NCBI GenBank assembly: GCA_904063045.1
Contig: CAJFCJ010000005.1
Coordinates: 2,406,002-2,470,001, forward strand
Length of the DNA stretch: 64,000 bases
Direction of reading: 5' to 3'
From: Dimorphilus gyrociliatus
Lineage: Eukaryota; Animalia; Annelida
The translations under genes were made by a program, and so were the position numbers. Below are positions 47,325 to 59,255 of the stretch, piece by piece. Position 1 is the stretch's first letter. Each line of letters opens with the position of its first letter. The notes below the pieces were generated by a model that saw only the letters and a list, made by a program, of their open reading frames with translations, was not told the origin of the DNA and did not search any database.

Positions 47325-50207
47325 TTTAACAAACTTTTCCGGCTGTCCAATAGGAACTTTTGAATGTAGATATGGAAGATTTTGCATTAGTTCCAATTAC
47401 GTTTGTGATGGTTATTCGGATTGTTTATATTGGGAGGATGAAGTTAATTGTACATCAATTTATCATTTCAAGTGTACATCGGGTGAATTAATTAATGTAA
47501 GATTAGTATGCGATATTATAGGTGACTGTAAGGATGGGAGTGACGAAGCAAACTGTTGTAAGTTATATGTTTGTTAAATTCTCGTAATTAGCCTATTAAT
47601 TCAAGAAATATAATAAAACCAGCCTTTCTATGTCAGTCGACAAAGTAAGATTAACGCAAGTTATTAAGGACTCATTTAATAAAGTTTATAATTTATCAGA
47701 TGCGATAATGGACAATGTATATATCCGGAAGATTTATGCGATAATCAGAGACATTGCGTTGATAGCAGTGATGAAAACTGTAGTCCTCGTATGTATAGAA
47801 CTTGTTAATACTATTCACTACTATTAAATGAAATCAAATCAAAACTAAGCCTGTACCGAAAAGAAATTTCAATGCGGTAATAGATGTGTACCTATAATTA
47901 ATCAATGCGATATGAAAACGGATTGTGAAGATATTCTCTCCTCTCATAAATCTTTGTCGTGCTTTAAAGAATTCAACTCAAAGATGAATAGAACAAGATC
48001 ATTTTGGCATATATCTTTAAAAGATACTCTTTGTCATCTAATTTACGATTCTATGGAAAATATGCTAATTGAAATTCATTTTCCTTTCTACAATTTGCAA
48101 TTTTGTCGTACAAGTAAAAAGTGTCAACAAGGAGAATATAAATGTCAAAAAGTGAACTATTGTATATCAATCAATCAAGTATGCGACGGTTTAAGTCATT
48201 GTCTATATCTAGATGATGAAATTGATTGCCGTAAGTTTCATCACCTTGAGAAGATTTTATACTGGTTCATATGAAAAAAAGGTCACTATTTGCTGTTTAA
48301 GAGGATATTGTAAGAAATGAAAAGAAAGCATTGATTACCTAAACCATAAGCAAAACTTATCCTCCCTAACTGCAAATCGACTGGCCATTTTTAAGTGAAC
48401 TAGGGTCAAATTACATAACATTTTAATTTTAATTTTTAATGTTTAGATCATTTTGCACCAAAAGGATATTTTAAATGTCGTTTACAAAATCGTTATCTAA
48501 ACTTTTATCAAGTCTGCAATAGAAAACTGGAATGTCTACACGGCAATGACGAATACTATTGTATGTTAAATAAAAATTGCCCTAGAAACTGTACATGCAA
48601 TCAATCTTTTGGAATGATTTGTAATCAATCATCAATAGTCGATTTAATATATGAATCCGCTAGAACAGTTCAACTAATATTACCAAATGATAGTATTTAT
48701 CATTATCTACAAAATTCCGCCTATATCGTCTATTTAAACATTTCGTTTGGACGAATAACGCATTTTCTGATTAGAAATTATCCAAATCTAGCTATATTAG
48801 ACCTACAAAATAATTTAATTAATAAATTAAATAATTCATTAAATATCATTTTATATAAACTGCAATATTTGGATTTAAAAGACAATAGAATACAAGAAAT
48901 TGAAGATTACTTTTTTAAAATTACTCCTAACTTATTACATCTTGATTTATCTAATTCAAATATTCGATTTATAACTAGTAATAAATTAAAAGGACTTGAA
49001 AAGTTAACCATGTTAATAATAGTTAAAAGTAACTTGTACAACATTGAAAAAGAATCTTTTAAATACTTTCTAAACTTGAAAGTATTGTTTATGAATAAAA
49101 CTCATCTTCCGGAAGATTATTTCAGTGATTTTATATATTTTCTACCGAAATTACAATATCTTAAAAGTGAATATTATCAATTTTGTTGTTTGGTTAAAAG
49201 ATTTAGTTTTAATCTTCAAAAATGTCAACCAAAAGAGACAGTACTAAAATCTTGTAAACATCTTATAGGATCATTATTTCTAAGGATTATAACTTGGATT
49301 ATAATTGTATTTTGCCTAATTGGGAATATTTTTAGTTTAGTAGCCAAAATAAAATGTTTTAAATCAATAATATACATCTGGCATATTGGATTGAATGTTT
49401 CGGATATAATTTCAGCCATTTATTTGACAATTATTGGTATTATTGATCAATACTACTTTGGGAAATATATCCAAAATGATATGGCATGGCGGAATAGTAT
49501 TTTATGTAAAACTATTGGAGTTTTTAACAATTTTGCAATCTTATCATCAACTCTATTCATTCTGGTAATTACCATTGATAGATATATTGCTTTTAAGAGT
49601 CCTTTTAAAAAACATTATATTGAGAAGACTACTGCAATAGCTGTACTTATGGGGATAATCGTATTAGGCTTTATCCTTTCAACTATTCCCTTTCTTTTTA
49701 ATAAAGTTTGATATAAGAAATTCCATTTTGCCATTTCTTCTATGAGTCTTAATATCTATTTTATAGAAATACTATTCAATATCTACAGTTTGTTTTACAC
49801 TGCATCTAACCCGAAAGAAACATAGAGGATGGCAATATTCTTTTATCGTCTTTAGTTGTTTTATGATGTTGATACGTATATCTATAATCTTTCTATATAC
49901 TTCTATTGTGAAAATAGTACTTGGCTCTAAAAAGCTAATAAGTCAATACCACTATAAGAAACGTAAACGCAAAATGTTATCATTTAGTTTATTAATCGTT
50001 ATAACTAATACGTTATGCTGGTTCCCAATTTCACTTTTGAATCTAATGGCTACTTTTAATATATCCAATATTTCTGAAAAGATACACGTATGGATAATTA
50101 TCATTCTTTTACCTTTAAATTCATCGTTAAATCCTTATATTTATTCGATTGGTGAAATCTTACTCCTACTAAAACGGCGAAAGATTAAATCTGAAGTTGA
50201 ACAGTAA
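47325..50207 (+). CDS. GRL101-like LGR: at least 6 LDLa repeats + LRR + 7TM GPCR (5' end uncertain)
   Basis: LDLa repeats such as CPIGTFECRYGRFCISSNYVCDGYSDC..WEDEVNC; LRRs LxxLDLxxNxI; TIDRYIAF, CWFP, LPLNSSLNPYIY. Intron before 49767 keeps the frame. Confidence 0.88.
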
Positions 50208-50957
50208 AACTTTAAATCTATAATCTGTAGTAGAGTTTTTAATTATCTTTGTTTTCTATGTATAGATTACATATGATGAAGAATTATTCTCAACTTAATA
50301 AGAATAATCGTTAATAGTTTTTTTTATATCATTATTTTTGTTTCTTTAAAAAAACAAATTAATTAATAATTAATTTCTTTTTTTTTCAGTATTTCAATTT
50401 TTTATGTCAAAAGATAGTTTTTGTTCGAGAAAGCATTTTGAAGATAAGAGTTATCAATTAATAAAATTTGATAAAAGTTTCTTAAAGTTAAAGATAACTT
50501 TTAGAATAATGAAAGTAATCTTTCAAGCTTTTCAAATAATTCATGAACTAAGCGTTTGTATGAATGGAAAATTTTCTGATAAGAATATTCTCTATAATGT
50601 ATATACTGTTTTACAGTATTACTATTAATACTAAAGTAGTACTTTGTGTTTTTCCTTTAAGATAAAGGAAGATAAATTCAAGATTTTTCTATACGATCGT
50701 TTTGTTTTAACATTCAATGATAACTACGCAAGTGATATATTAAGTTTAGGTTGTTTTCTAAGGAAGATACTCCAAATACAAACTAGACGTGGTGAATGAA
50801 AAAGATAAAATTAACAATCTCAATTTTATATAGTTATCTTTACAGACTAGGCTAAAGTTGCCCAGATTGGAATATTCTGCATATTCGTGAAGGAATTTGG
50901 TGATAATTGAAAATGCATAAAAAAAAGTAGCAAATATAAGAGCATACTGGAACAAAA

Positions 50958-51031
50958 AGGCTCTGGAGGGATTCGAACCCTCGATCTCCTGTTTACTAGA
51001 CAGGCGCTTTAACCAACTAAGCCACAGAGCC
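50958..51031 (-). tRNA. trnT: tRNA-Thr(AGT)
   Basis: Reverse complement GGCTCTGTGGCTTAGTTGGTTAAAGCGCCTGTCTAGTAAACAGGAGATCGAGGGTTCGAATCCCTCCAGAGCCT. Confidence 0.95.
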
Positions 51032-51231
51032 AAGATAAATTCCACAAATTCTTCATCAATTTTGCATGTTTAAAGCTATACAACTATGAAAATAGTCATT
51101 CTTTCTACAAACAAATAAGTATATTTTATCTGTTGTATATATAATAGAATCAAACTTTTCCAATATTTACAAACATCTATATGTAGCATACAAAAGTCAA
51201 TTATTTCTCTTCTCATAAATGTAAAATATAT

Positions 51232-52560
51232 TCAAAAATATTTCAATAGAATCTCTTTTCCATTTTGACTCTTAACTGCAAAGACGATAGTACCATTGTT
51301 CTTTGTATAACCAAGTATTTGTCCTTCTATTATATCCTTTTGTTGGTAAATTACTGCTGTTTCAAATTTAGTATTGATTGCATATATAAAATTTGCATCG
51401 AATAGTAGAATACCATTATTTACTAAATTTATAACTAAACTTTTTAAACAAGTTGCGTAATTGATTGAATTCTTGCACTGAAATGTTGAATTAACTATAA
51501 TACTTCTGTTGCTGGTTAATTTGTGAATTTTCATATCTGCTTCTAATAAATATAGAGCGTCATCGTAATATTTTGTGTCAATTATCATTTTATCTCCGCT
51601 ATAGGCTATAAAATTATTTGTAGTACAATCGTAAGTTAGGAGATGATCCCTAACTGAGAAGAACATTTGTTGGATTTCATTTTTATTGACGGGTTTAGTT
51701 CCCCGAGTAATTGTTAGATTTTCATTTTCCTCTATAGCAGTGAGATTTGGAGCAGCTTTTAATATCCTTGCTTTAGTAATACTCTCGAATTCGACCAAGA
51801 GATAGAGACTTCCGTCAGGACCTCGACATATATCGTAATTTTCCGATTGAAATTTATAGTTTAGATCGTGGGCTACTGTTAGCTTTCTGGCTTCTTCTTC
51901 ATCCTTGCATGAAGATTTATATTTTCGATAATCCAAGTTGAATATATATTGTTCGTTGAAATTTTCCACATTAATGAATGTAACGTCATTTGGTGTTTTT
52001 AGAATTGCGTACATTTTATTCGAAAAAGAACGAACTCTTGTAATTATTCCATTTACCGAAATTCTTTTCTCTCGTTGATGTTCGACCCTATTATTTGTGT
52101 AACTCAACTCACCAAGGACAAAATTTTCTACAATTCCTGCTGAATTGTAAACAACTTCCGGTTTAATGACGTCCCTCTGTATCTTTTGCAGTTTGCTCTT
52201 TATTCCTTCAATTTGATCGTCTAATATACCAGAAGCGGAACTCGTCGTAAAATCAGGTGCTCTTTGTAATAGGGAATAATAATCCAAAACGTTCTTAAGC
52301 TCATTTTGCTGTTGTCCATAAAAACTCTTCAATTCATTAAGCAAGCGGGCTTCCTTATTTTTAATTTGCATAACCATATCCCAAGCTTGAGTGCTAACCT
52401 TCTTCATTTCAGTTTGCTTCTTCTGTTCAATTTTTTGTATATCGTCAAAAACTGACTTTTTCAAATGACCAAAATAACTTGTTTTTCCATGATTTATCTG
52501 TTCAGTAGCAGCTCCACTGCGGGGCCCTACTTCTGGATCCGCTTTAGGTTTATCCTCCAT
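51232..52560 (-). CDS. RING-less coiled-coil + beta-propeller-like protein (member 13)
   Basis: 442-aa ORF; coiled coil; DICRGPDGSLYLL; CLKSLVINLVNNGILLFDANFIYAI...QKDIIEGQILGY. Confidence 0.72.
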   Translation of the reverse strand: MEDKPKADPEVGPRSGAATEQINHGKTSYFGHLKKSVFDDIQKIEQKKQTEMKKVSTQAWDMVMQIKNKEARLLNELKSFYGQQQNELKNVLDYYSLLQRAPDFTTSSASGILDDQIEGIKSKLQKIQRDVIKPEVVYNSAGIVENFVLGELSYTNNRVEHQREKRISVNGIITRVRSFSNKMYAILKTPNDVTFINVENFNEQYIFNLDYRKYKSSCKDEEEARKLTVAHDLNYKFQSENYDICRGPDGSLYLLVEFESITKARILKAAPNLTAIEENENLTITRGTKPVNKNEIQQMFFSVRDHLLTYDCTTNNFIAYSGDKMIIDTKYYDDALYLLEADMKIHKLTSNRSIIVNSTFQCKNSINYATCLKSLVINLVNNGILLFDANFIYAINTKFETAVIYQQKDIIEGQILGYTKNNGTIVFAVKSQNGKEILLKYF

Positions 52561-53276
52561 AACTTTTCTTTAATAAATATATCAAAATATTTTTAATGTT
52601 TTCAATAATGTCAAAAATTTATTTAATTTGTTCTTTTACTTACTTAAGATAATAATTTTGTAAATATACCCTTTTGTTTTAGTAAAGGAACTCCGTTGTC
52701 ATTTCGTAATCAACAGTCGGAAAAACGTGACTAATGTAAAAGATACCTGCTACTCTTACCAGTTTTCATTACTTTCCACAAATATACATGGGGACGTTTT
52801 CGGAGGCAAAACGCAATAAATTCTCACAGCGCCACCTATAAGTTTAGCAGTCTACCTTATAAATTAGAAAATATACTATAAGTTTAATAAGTAAATTTTA
52901 AAATCATTGCCTGCCGATTTTAGTTAATAAGTACTTTGCTCGAATCATTTATTGCAAAACCTTTTAATAGAATCAAACAACTCGAAAGCTCTCATTGAAA
53001 ATAAATTATGAAATTAAGAATTCTTGGAAATCTACCTGAAAATAAAAAAGACTTTCATTATATAAATTAACTATCTATTCTTTTATCGAATACTTAATTT
53101 TATATTAAATATGTCGTTAAATCTTAATCCTTTGCGATTTTTATATTGAACAGCAGAGATTCTTTTGTTTCTATTGAATACAAAAAAAGATTTAAAGAAT
53201 CGTGAACGACTGCTCTGTTCCTTTCTATCTTATTTGCATTCTAAAAATTGAATCAACCTTTATTATTCTGCTTGTT

Positions 53277-55058
53277 ATGAAGATGAAACTGAAATATATT
53301 CATTGGATATTCTTATACGTTTTAAGTTAGTATAAACATTCCATTATCAACACTTAAATAAATACCTTTTGCAGTTTTACAGACGAAAGACAGTCTACAA
53401 ATTAAAAGCATTGCTAGAAATACTCTATCTTATCAAAGTTCTAGATACCAATTTTTCGATGCTAGCAGGGCTAATGATGATATTATAGGCTCTAACGCTG
53501 CAACTTGCAGTCATACTTTAAATGATCAAAACGCTTGGTGGGCCACAGATTTAGCTGCAATATATAATATTCAAGAAGTCTACCTCTTGAATCGAAACTC
53601 ATTTGGTAAGCTTAAATATTCATAAATATTATTTTAATTGTTTCTTTTAAGATTTCAGATTGGCTAATTTTAAAATTTTGGTAAAATATTTCATTCATCA
53701 AACTTCAATTGGAAGTCTTTGTTTCTACGAAACGGGAACTGTTAAAAAACCAAATTCAACGAATATCGATCAATATCAAAAATACGAATGTCCACAAAAT
53801 ACTACTGGTTCATTTATTATAGTAGAATTTCAAGCTAAACAATATCTAACCATTTGCGATATTATCGTTGTTGGTGAATTCGTAAAAGAATCGAGTATTT
53901 ATAAGATTACATAATCAAATTAATAATTATTATCTTAAAATTGTATCTTTGCAATAGAAATAATTCATTTAAATTCAAAAATTAATAATATTTTTGCCGG
54001 AAATGTTGCTAAATCGGAAATGGAAAAATTATTCGATATGAATATTGCAACTTTTATTAAAACAAGACTTTTACCATCACACCCAAAAAATCCTTTTATA
54101 AGATTAGATTTTACAGATGAAATTGTTTGTCATGGACTTGTCTTAGCTACTAAATTAGCTGGTTATTAGTAATTAAAGTTTCTATTATTTTACTAGTTTA
54201 TAAGTTTACTTTGATGCTTAGATGTTACGCTTGAATTTCTCAACATCTATATTTCTTTAAACAACGATCCTCAAACTATTTTTAAGGAGAATAGGGAATT
54301 TTGTGTTGAAAACTATAATAACATTCTTGCAGTTGGATTAAGAAATTTTGTTTTTGTATGTTCACCGGAAGCGATTGGAAAGTATCTGCTAATATCGATT
54401 AATCATCCTCCTTTAAATAGAATAAAATACTATCTTACCATTTCATATATAAATATTTACGGATATATTGATCAAAGATCTGATAAAACAAGTAACCTAT
54501 TTAGATTTAAATCAATAACATCTTATGTATTACTTTGTAGACTTCACTAGTCATTTTAACCATAGAATACAATCCATAAATATTACGAATAGTGGTAACA
54601 GCAGTCTTCTCATCGACAATAATCCGTTTGTGGACGGTATTACGGATAATATTCAATTGAACATTGATGATTTTATTCTTATATCTACATCTTTAATATA
54701 TATTAATCAAATATGTTTAACAGGTAGATTAAAAACCCAAGTAAATTTTGATAATTTACAACAAAACAGCTGTTCGTTTTCAGTTTTCCATTCAAATCTT
54801 GGCGATTTCAATGGAATTTTATCTGAAATAAATAAATTTCATAATAATCAAACACTAATTGTTATATTCAATGGGAATTTCTTATTTGAGGAGACTATAT
54901 GCGAAAAATTCAATAAAACTTTTACCAAGAAAATCAGAATAACATCAAGATTTGGAGAAAAATTTAGCGAAATAGATCTCTTATCAGATACGCTGTATTA
55001 CAGACATAGTAAGATAATACAATATAGATTATCTATAGTATTAAATGAATTGTATTAA
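53277..55058 (+). CDS. Secreted multi-exon F-type-lectin (fucolectin/F5-8-like) domain protein; 3' end uncertain
   Basis: Signal exon at ATG 53277; QSS..DASRANDD...CSHT..QNAWWATDL..IYNIQEVYLLNR / RLANFKI...C...C..G.FI.V...LTICDI; a second degenerate domain follows. Confidence 0.7.
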
Positions 55059-56430
55059 GTGTTGAATTATTTTCAACTAGCAAAAGCATCTTGCAAAAGT
55101 AGTATGGATCAAGATTCTCTCATTTCAGGAATAAATTATGGAAACAGAAATAATATTGTTCTTCAACTCGTTGCCTCAGTGAAAATGATAAAAACTTTGT
55201 ACGTTATTTCGTTAGTTAACAACGGAAGAGGAAAATTGTGCCATCTATTTTCTTATGATAATTCTATAAATACTAATACTTATACTTTATATTATATTTG
55301 CCAAAATTGTTCCTTAGGTTTAAAGATCATCAATTTAAGCTTAAGTGATATTGTGAAAGAAATTTATATATTTGATGAATTTACTATTTAAGAAACAAAT
55401 AAAGAAAAAGATTTTATTCATAAGATAATTTACTATTGAAAAGTGTTCTAAAGTATTATCTATAGAAAGTATACTGTATTATCCATTCGACTCAAGCAAT
55501 TTAACTTTCGAAAGAGAGTAGTTCCAATTGATTACAACTACTCAATATTGTAATTCCAGTACTCAGGTTAATTCTAATAGTCTACATCTATCAATAGCAG
55601 CAAAAAGATATTCCTAAATTACATATTTACCGTTTGCTTTTTCACCAAGAATTTATTAATATAGCTTGTAAGTAAATAAATAAAGCCTATAAAAATCAAT
55701 CAATCAATTAGTTAAAAATAGATAATTGTGGTGTTTTGTGAGAAAAAAAATGTATTTTTATATGTTCTTTAAACTACAAAACTTGAAGGTTGATTGCATT
55801 ATTGTGTTCTTAACATTCTATAGTAATTTGCTTTTGATATGAAAGAAGAGAGAAAATAAATGTTAATTACGTTTTTTTCAAAGGAAGTAAGAGATTGTTC
55901 ATGTGTTCATGTCAGTATGAAGTAAGTACTAATGACGTAGCAAAATCAAACGAAACGAGGAAGTAAATTAATAATGATATTAATAAGACTAATCTTCGTA
56001 CTAATATTATAAAAAGCATGATTTGAAATGATTGAAAATGAATTAAAGATAAAATTAAAGAATTATGAAAAATGGAAAATTTACAAGAGCAAGAGAGGGG
56101 GAATTCTAAGGAATGAATTAGGAATATCTTTCTTTAAGGAGAGAAGAGAGAGACGTTTTTAAAGAGTTGAATAATAAATATAATTAACTTATTGGCTTTG
56201 TTAAAATTTTAAATACTTATGAATTTTTGAAAAGTGGGAGGGTTGCATTTGAATGGATATATTTCATAAATTCAATTATATAATTATATAATAAGGGAAT
56301 ATTTGCATTATTGAATCTTATAAAAATATATTAAACAGAGATAATCTACTTAAATATGTCATGCTAAAGAGAAAATTCATAAAATAGTTCCATCTAAAGG
56401 ATTTCTCTCTTTTTTCTTTTTTACAGGAAA

Positions 56431-57291
56431 ATGCCTTCGATAAAGTGTATGGAATCAACTTGCGAATATTGTTCTCTTCTTATTGAAACTGATAAATGGC
56501 CTATTTACGATTCAATAGGTTACGTTCACATAAAACAAACTCTACTGTGTAGTACCGTTAATATAGCTTTCGTTTATATTTGTAAAAAGTGTATAAACAA
56601 AATTGCTAGTTATACCGATAGATCAATTAGAGAACTATTGAAAGAATTAATTTTAGATTCAAAATCGAAATCGCCAGTAACTGCTATAGGACGTCACATT
56701 AAAAAGTGCGGACATGAGAATATTTCAATATTGCCTATTTATAAATTTAATAAAAACGAAACTGAAAAGGATGAAATTCTTAAATGGATTGCGGCGACAT
56801 TATCTGAAAATGCTGCAAAATTCTTTCATAGCGAAGAACGACGCAAAGCCATAAATGTACTTGAGCCTATTAATATTGAAATTCAATTTGGTTTGTCAAC
56901 TTTTTACGCAATTATAAGGGAAAAAGCTATAGCTTGCGAAACGTTTGCAACTTATTCGTCTAATTCGAAATCGGAGAATAAATCTACCGAAACTGATTCA
57001 GATAATCAAGAAGACGCAATAAGAGTTTTGAAAGACGAAATAAAACGTTTAAAGAATGTTATCAAAGAGCAAACAGAAAAACCAAAACTTCCCGATTATG
57101 GAAAGCCATTAATTCATTTATTCGACGGCAAAAATACCCATAATCTATTTGTAATGAAAACTTTTAATGAAAGATTGTATATGGAGGATACATTGAAGAG
57201 TTTAAAGAGAAACTTTTCAAAGAGATCACCGCAAAAAGAGGTTGAATATAGTGAAACGGCTAATAAACATTATTATCATTATATATATTAA
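56431..57291 (+). CDS. Penelope-type GIY-YIG-derived protein, catalytic residues replaced, with C-terminal coiled coil
   Basis: KCMESTCEYC...LCSTVNIAFVYICKKC..IASYTDRSIRELLKEL...IGRHIKKCGH...KWI parallels the PLE endonuclease pattern C-x4-C-x2-C...C.S.NVIY.I.C..C..YVGET.R.L..R..EH...A.HF....H...E..WI; intact 286-aa ORF. Confidence 0.6.
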   Translation: MPSIKCMESTCEYCSLLIETDKWPIYDSIGYVHIKQTLLCSTVNIAFVYICKKCINKIASYTDRSIRELLKELILDSKSKSPVTAIGRHIKKCGHENISILPIYKFNKNETEKDEILKWIAATLSENAAKFFHSEERRKAINVLEPINIEIQFGLSTFYAIIREKAIACETFATYSSNSKSENKSTETDSDNQEDAIRVLKDEIKRLKNVIKEQTEKPKLPDYGKPLIHLFDGKNTHNLFVMKTFNERLYMEDTLKSLKRNFSKRSPQKEVEYSETANKHYYHYIY

Positions 57292-57334
57292 GAAAAGAAA
57301 TTATAACAAGTTAGTAATATATATAATAGTTCAT

Positions 57335-58351
57335 TTAAAAAGGAAGTAATACTATTTCACAAATTTCAACGTCTCCTATTAAGTCTAACGAGTATAAGAA
57401 ATATTGTTTTATTGGTGAGGCTAAACAATTGTATACGCAGTTATCTATAGTTGTACATTGTCTTGTCCTATCATTTTCATCTTTAGATACCATACCAAAT
57501 TTTAAGCATTGAGAATTACTTCCTAATATCTTAAATTTTCGATGATTTACCTCAGTTTGAATATTTAAATAAAAATCTGATGCTTTAAATTTCATACACG
57601 TCGATACAGATTCGTCCAATAAAACATGAAGTTTTTCATTTTCGCATTGATGGAAATGATTAACGGTTAATTTAGCTGTAAGCCTCTTGGAACATTTTAA
57701 TTTTCCAACTGCAAAGTGAATGATCTCGTCATGTCCTGTAGGGTCTGTACCAGTGTCGCCAGCCTCTATTTTTTTTAAAGGCAATCTTTGAGGTAAAACT
57801 GAAAATTTTCCAGTATGGTTAAACGATGGACTGTGAGTTTCGTTTCCCGCATCTCTACAAGTTAGCTCATTGGAAGCGTCTTCGTCGCAAACTTGTCTTA
57901 AGAAACATTTACAAATTCCATCAGGAGCGTCATTATAATTAACTATGAGTCCATCCCAAAAAATAAAGTGAGTAAATGACAAATGAGAAAAATAGTTGTA
58001 AAAGTACATAGTCTGAGAACAAGTTCCCGCCGTTCTCAAATACTCATCCATCTGCGTTTCATTAAAATTTCCATACATAATAGTCCTCTTATAACTATAC
58101 TGGAATTCATAACCATTAATTGTAGTATTCTCTTCGAAATTATTACCCAAAGTTGATTCAATATGTATATCATTCACAACTTGGCAGTATATGTTTGTTA
58201 TAGAACCATATTCGATTGGTTGAATATCGTAAAAACCATTTGCTTGATTAGTAACAATTGCTTCAGAGCAAGACTTGAATACAGTTGAATCCGTAAACTT
58301 TACTAAAAGATGTACATAAATAATTATAGCATATATCTTTTCTATTGACAT
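57335..58351 (-). CDS. Secreted protein with a Caspr/neurexin-IV-type fibrinogen-like domain + Cys-rich C-terminal domain
   Basis: Signal peptide; SCSE...GFYDIQP...IYC...CSQ...W.G...CKC..C...C...LP...GDTG...GKLKC. Confidence 0.65.
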   Translation of the reverse strand: MSIEKIYAIIIYVHLLVKFTDSTVFKSCSEAIVTNQANGFYDIQPIEYGSITNIYCQVVNDIHIESTLGNNFEENTTINGYEFQYSYKRTIMYGNFNETQMDEYLRTAGTCSQTMYFYNYFSHLSFTHFIFWDGLIVNYNDAPDGICKCFLRQVCDEDASNELTCRDAGNETHSPSFNHTGKFSVLPQRLPLKKIEAGDTGTDPTGHDEIIHFAVGKLKCSKRLTAKLTVNHFHQCENEKLHVLLDESVSTCMKFKASDFYLNIQTEVNHRKFKILGSNSQCLKFGMVSKDENDRTRQCTTIDNCVYNCLASPIKQYFLYSLDLIGDVEICEIVLLPF

Positions 58352-59255
58352 TTTGCAGCAACAGGTCGTCCACCAAATTTATTTGATGAGATAGAATATC
58401 TCACACTACCATATATATATACTTTCCAGCCTATTGATTTAATCTATTCTTCATATGACAATTAAAATGGCTTCCATCTGTAACTTTATTTAAAAAATTG
58501 ATGAAGATCATTGTCTATAAATTCTTTGTAACTACCCAAACTACTAGATTCAGAGGAAATGTCTAATAATCAATTGGCGTAGGAGTAGAGAGTGTTTTGA
58601 GATGAATTACTAATTAAACAATACAAAACAATGAATTCAACTTAGTCAACATAAAGTGGTTTATAATGGCAAACTAATGAATCAAAGATACGTTTCGTTT
58701 TTCACTTTTTCCCCTTCTCTTTTCAAATGGAAAACAATGCTAGAAATTTCAATTGTTTCCATTTCTTTTCATTGCGATACTTACAATACTTTTCTATCGA
58801 AGTTATTAATTAATAATTGATAAGTAAACGTTAACAAACACTTCTAACGTATCAATTTTTAAGGTCAGAATAAAAAAAAAACTATGATTTTCATGCCAAT
58901 GGCCAAAAGGTTAATAAACACTTTATGGCTATGTTACCTTTGTCTGAAATATAGAACGGAAGTGATAATTTAAGAATGATTGAATTATGATGTTTCTATA
59001 TTTCATACTTACTATACAACATTATATATACAGTATAGATTGTAGTATTGAACCTGAATGGACAACTTTTCATTATATAGTTGCCAATAGGCTTTATAGA
59101 AAAAAAAATTATTAAAGCCTTGTTGAAAGGCTAATAGACGATTTTGCATATATGCGTCGTGCCTGCAAAAAGGAATGATTCATCTTTAAATATATTCTCA
59201 TATAAATACTACTCAGCGATACTTAAATAGATTACTATCAAATATAGGGTGAGGG

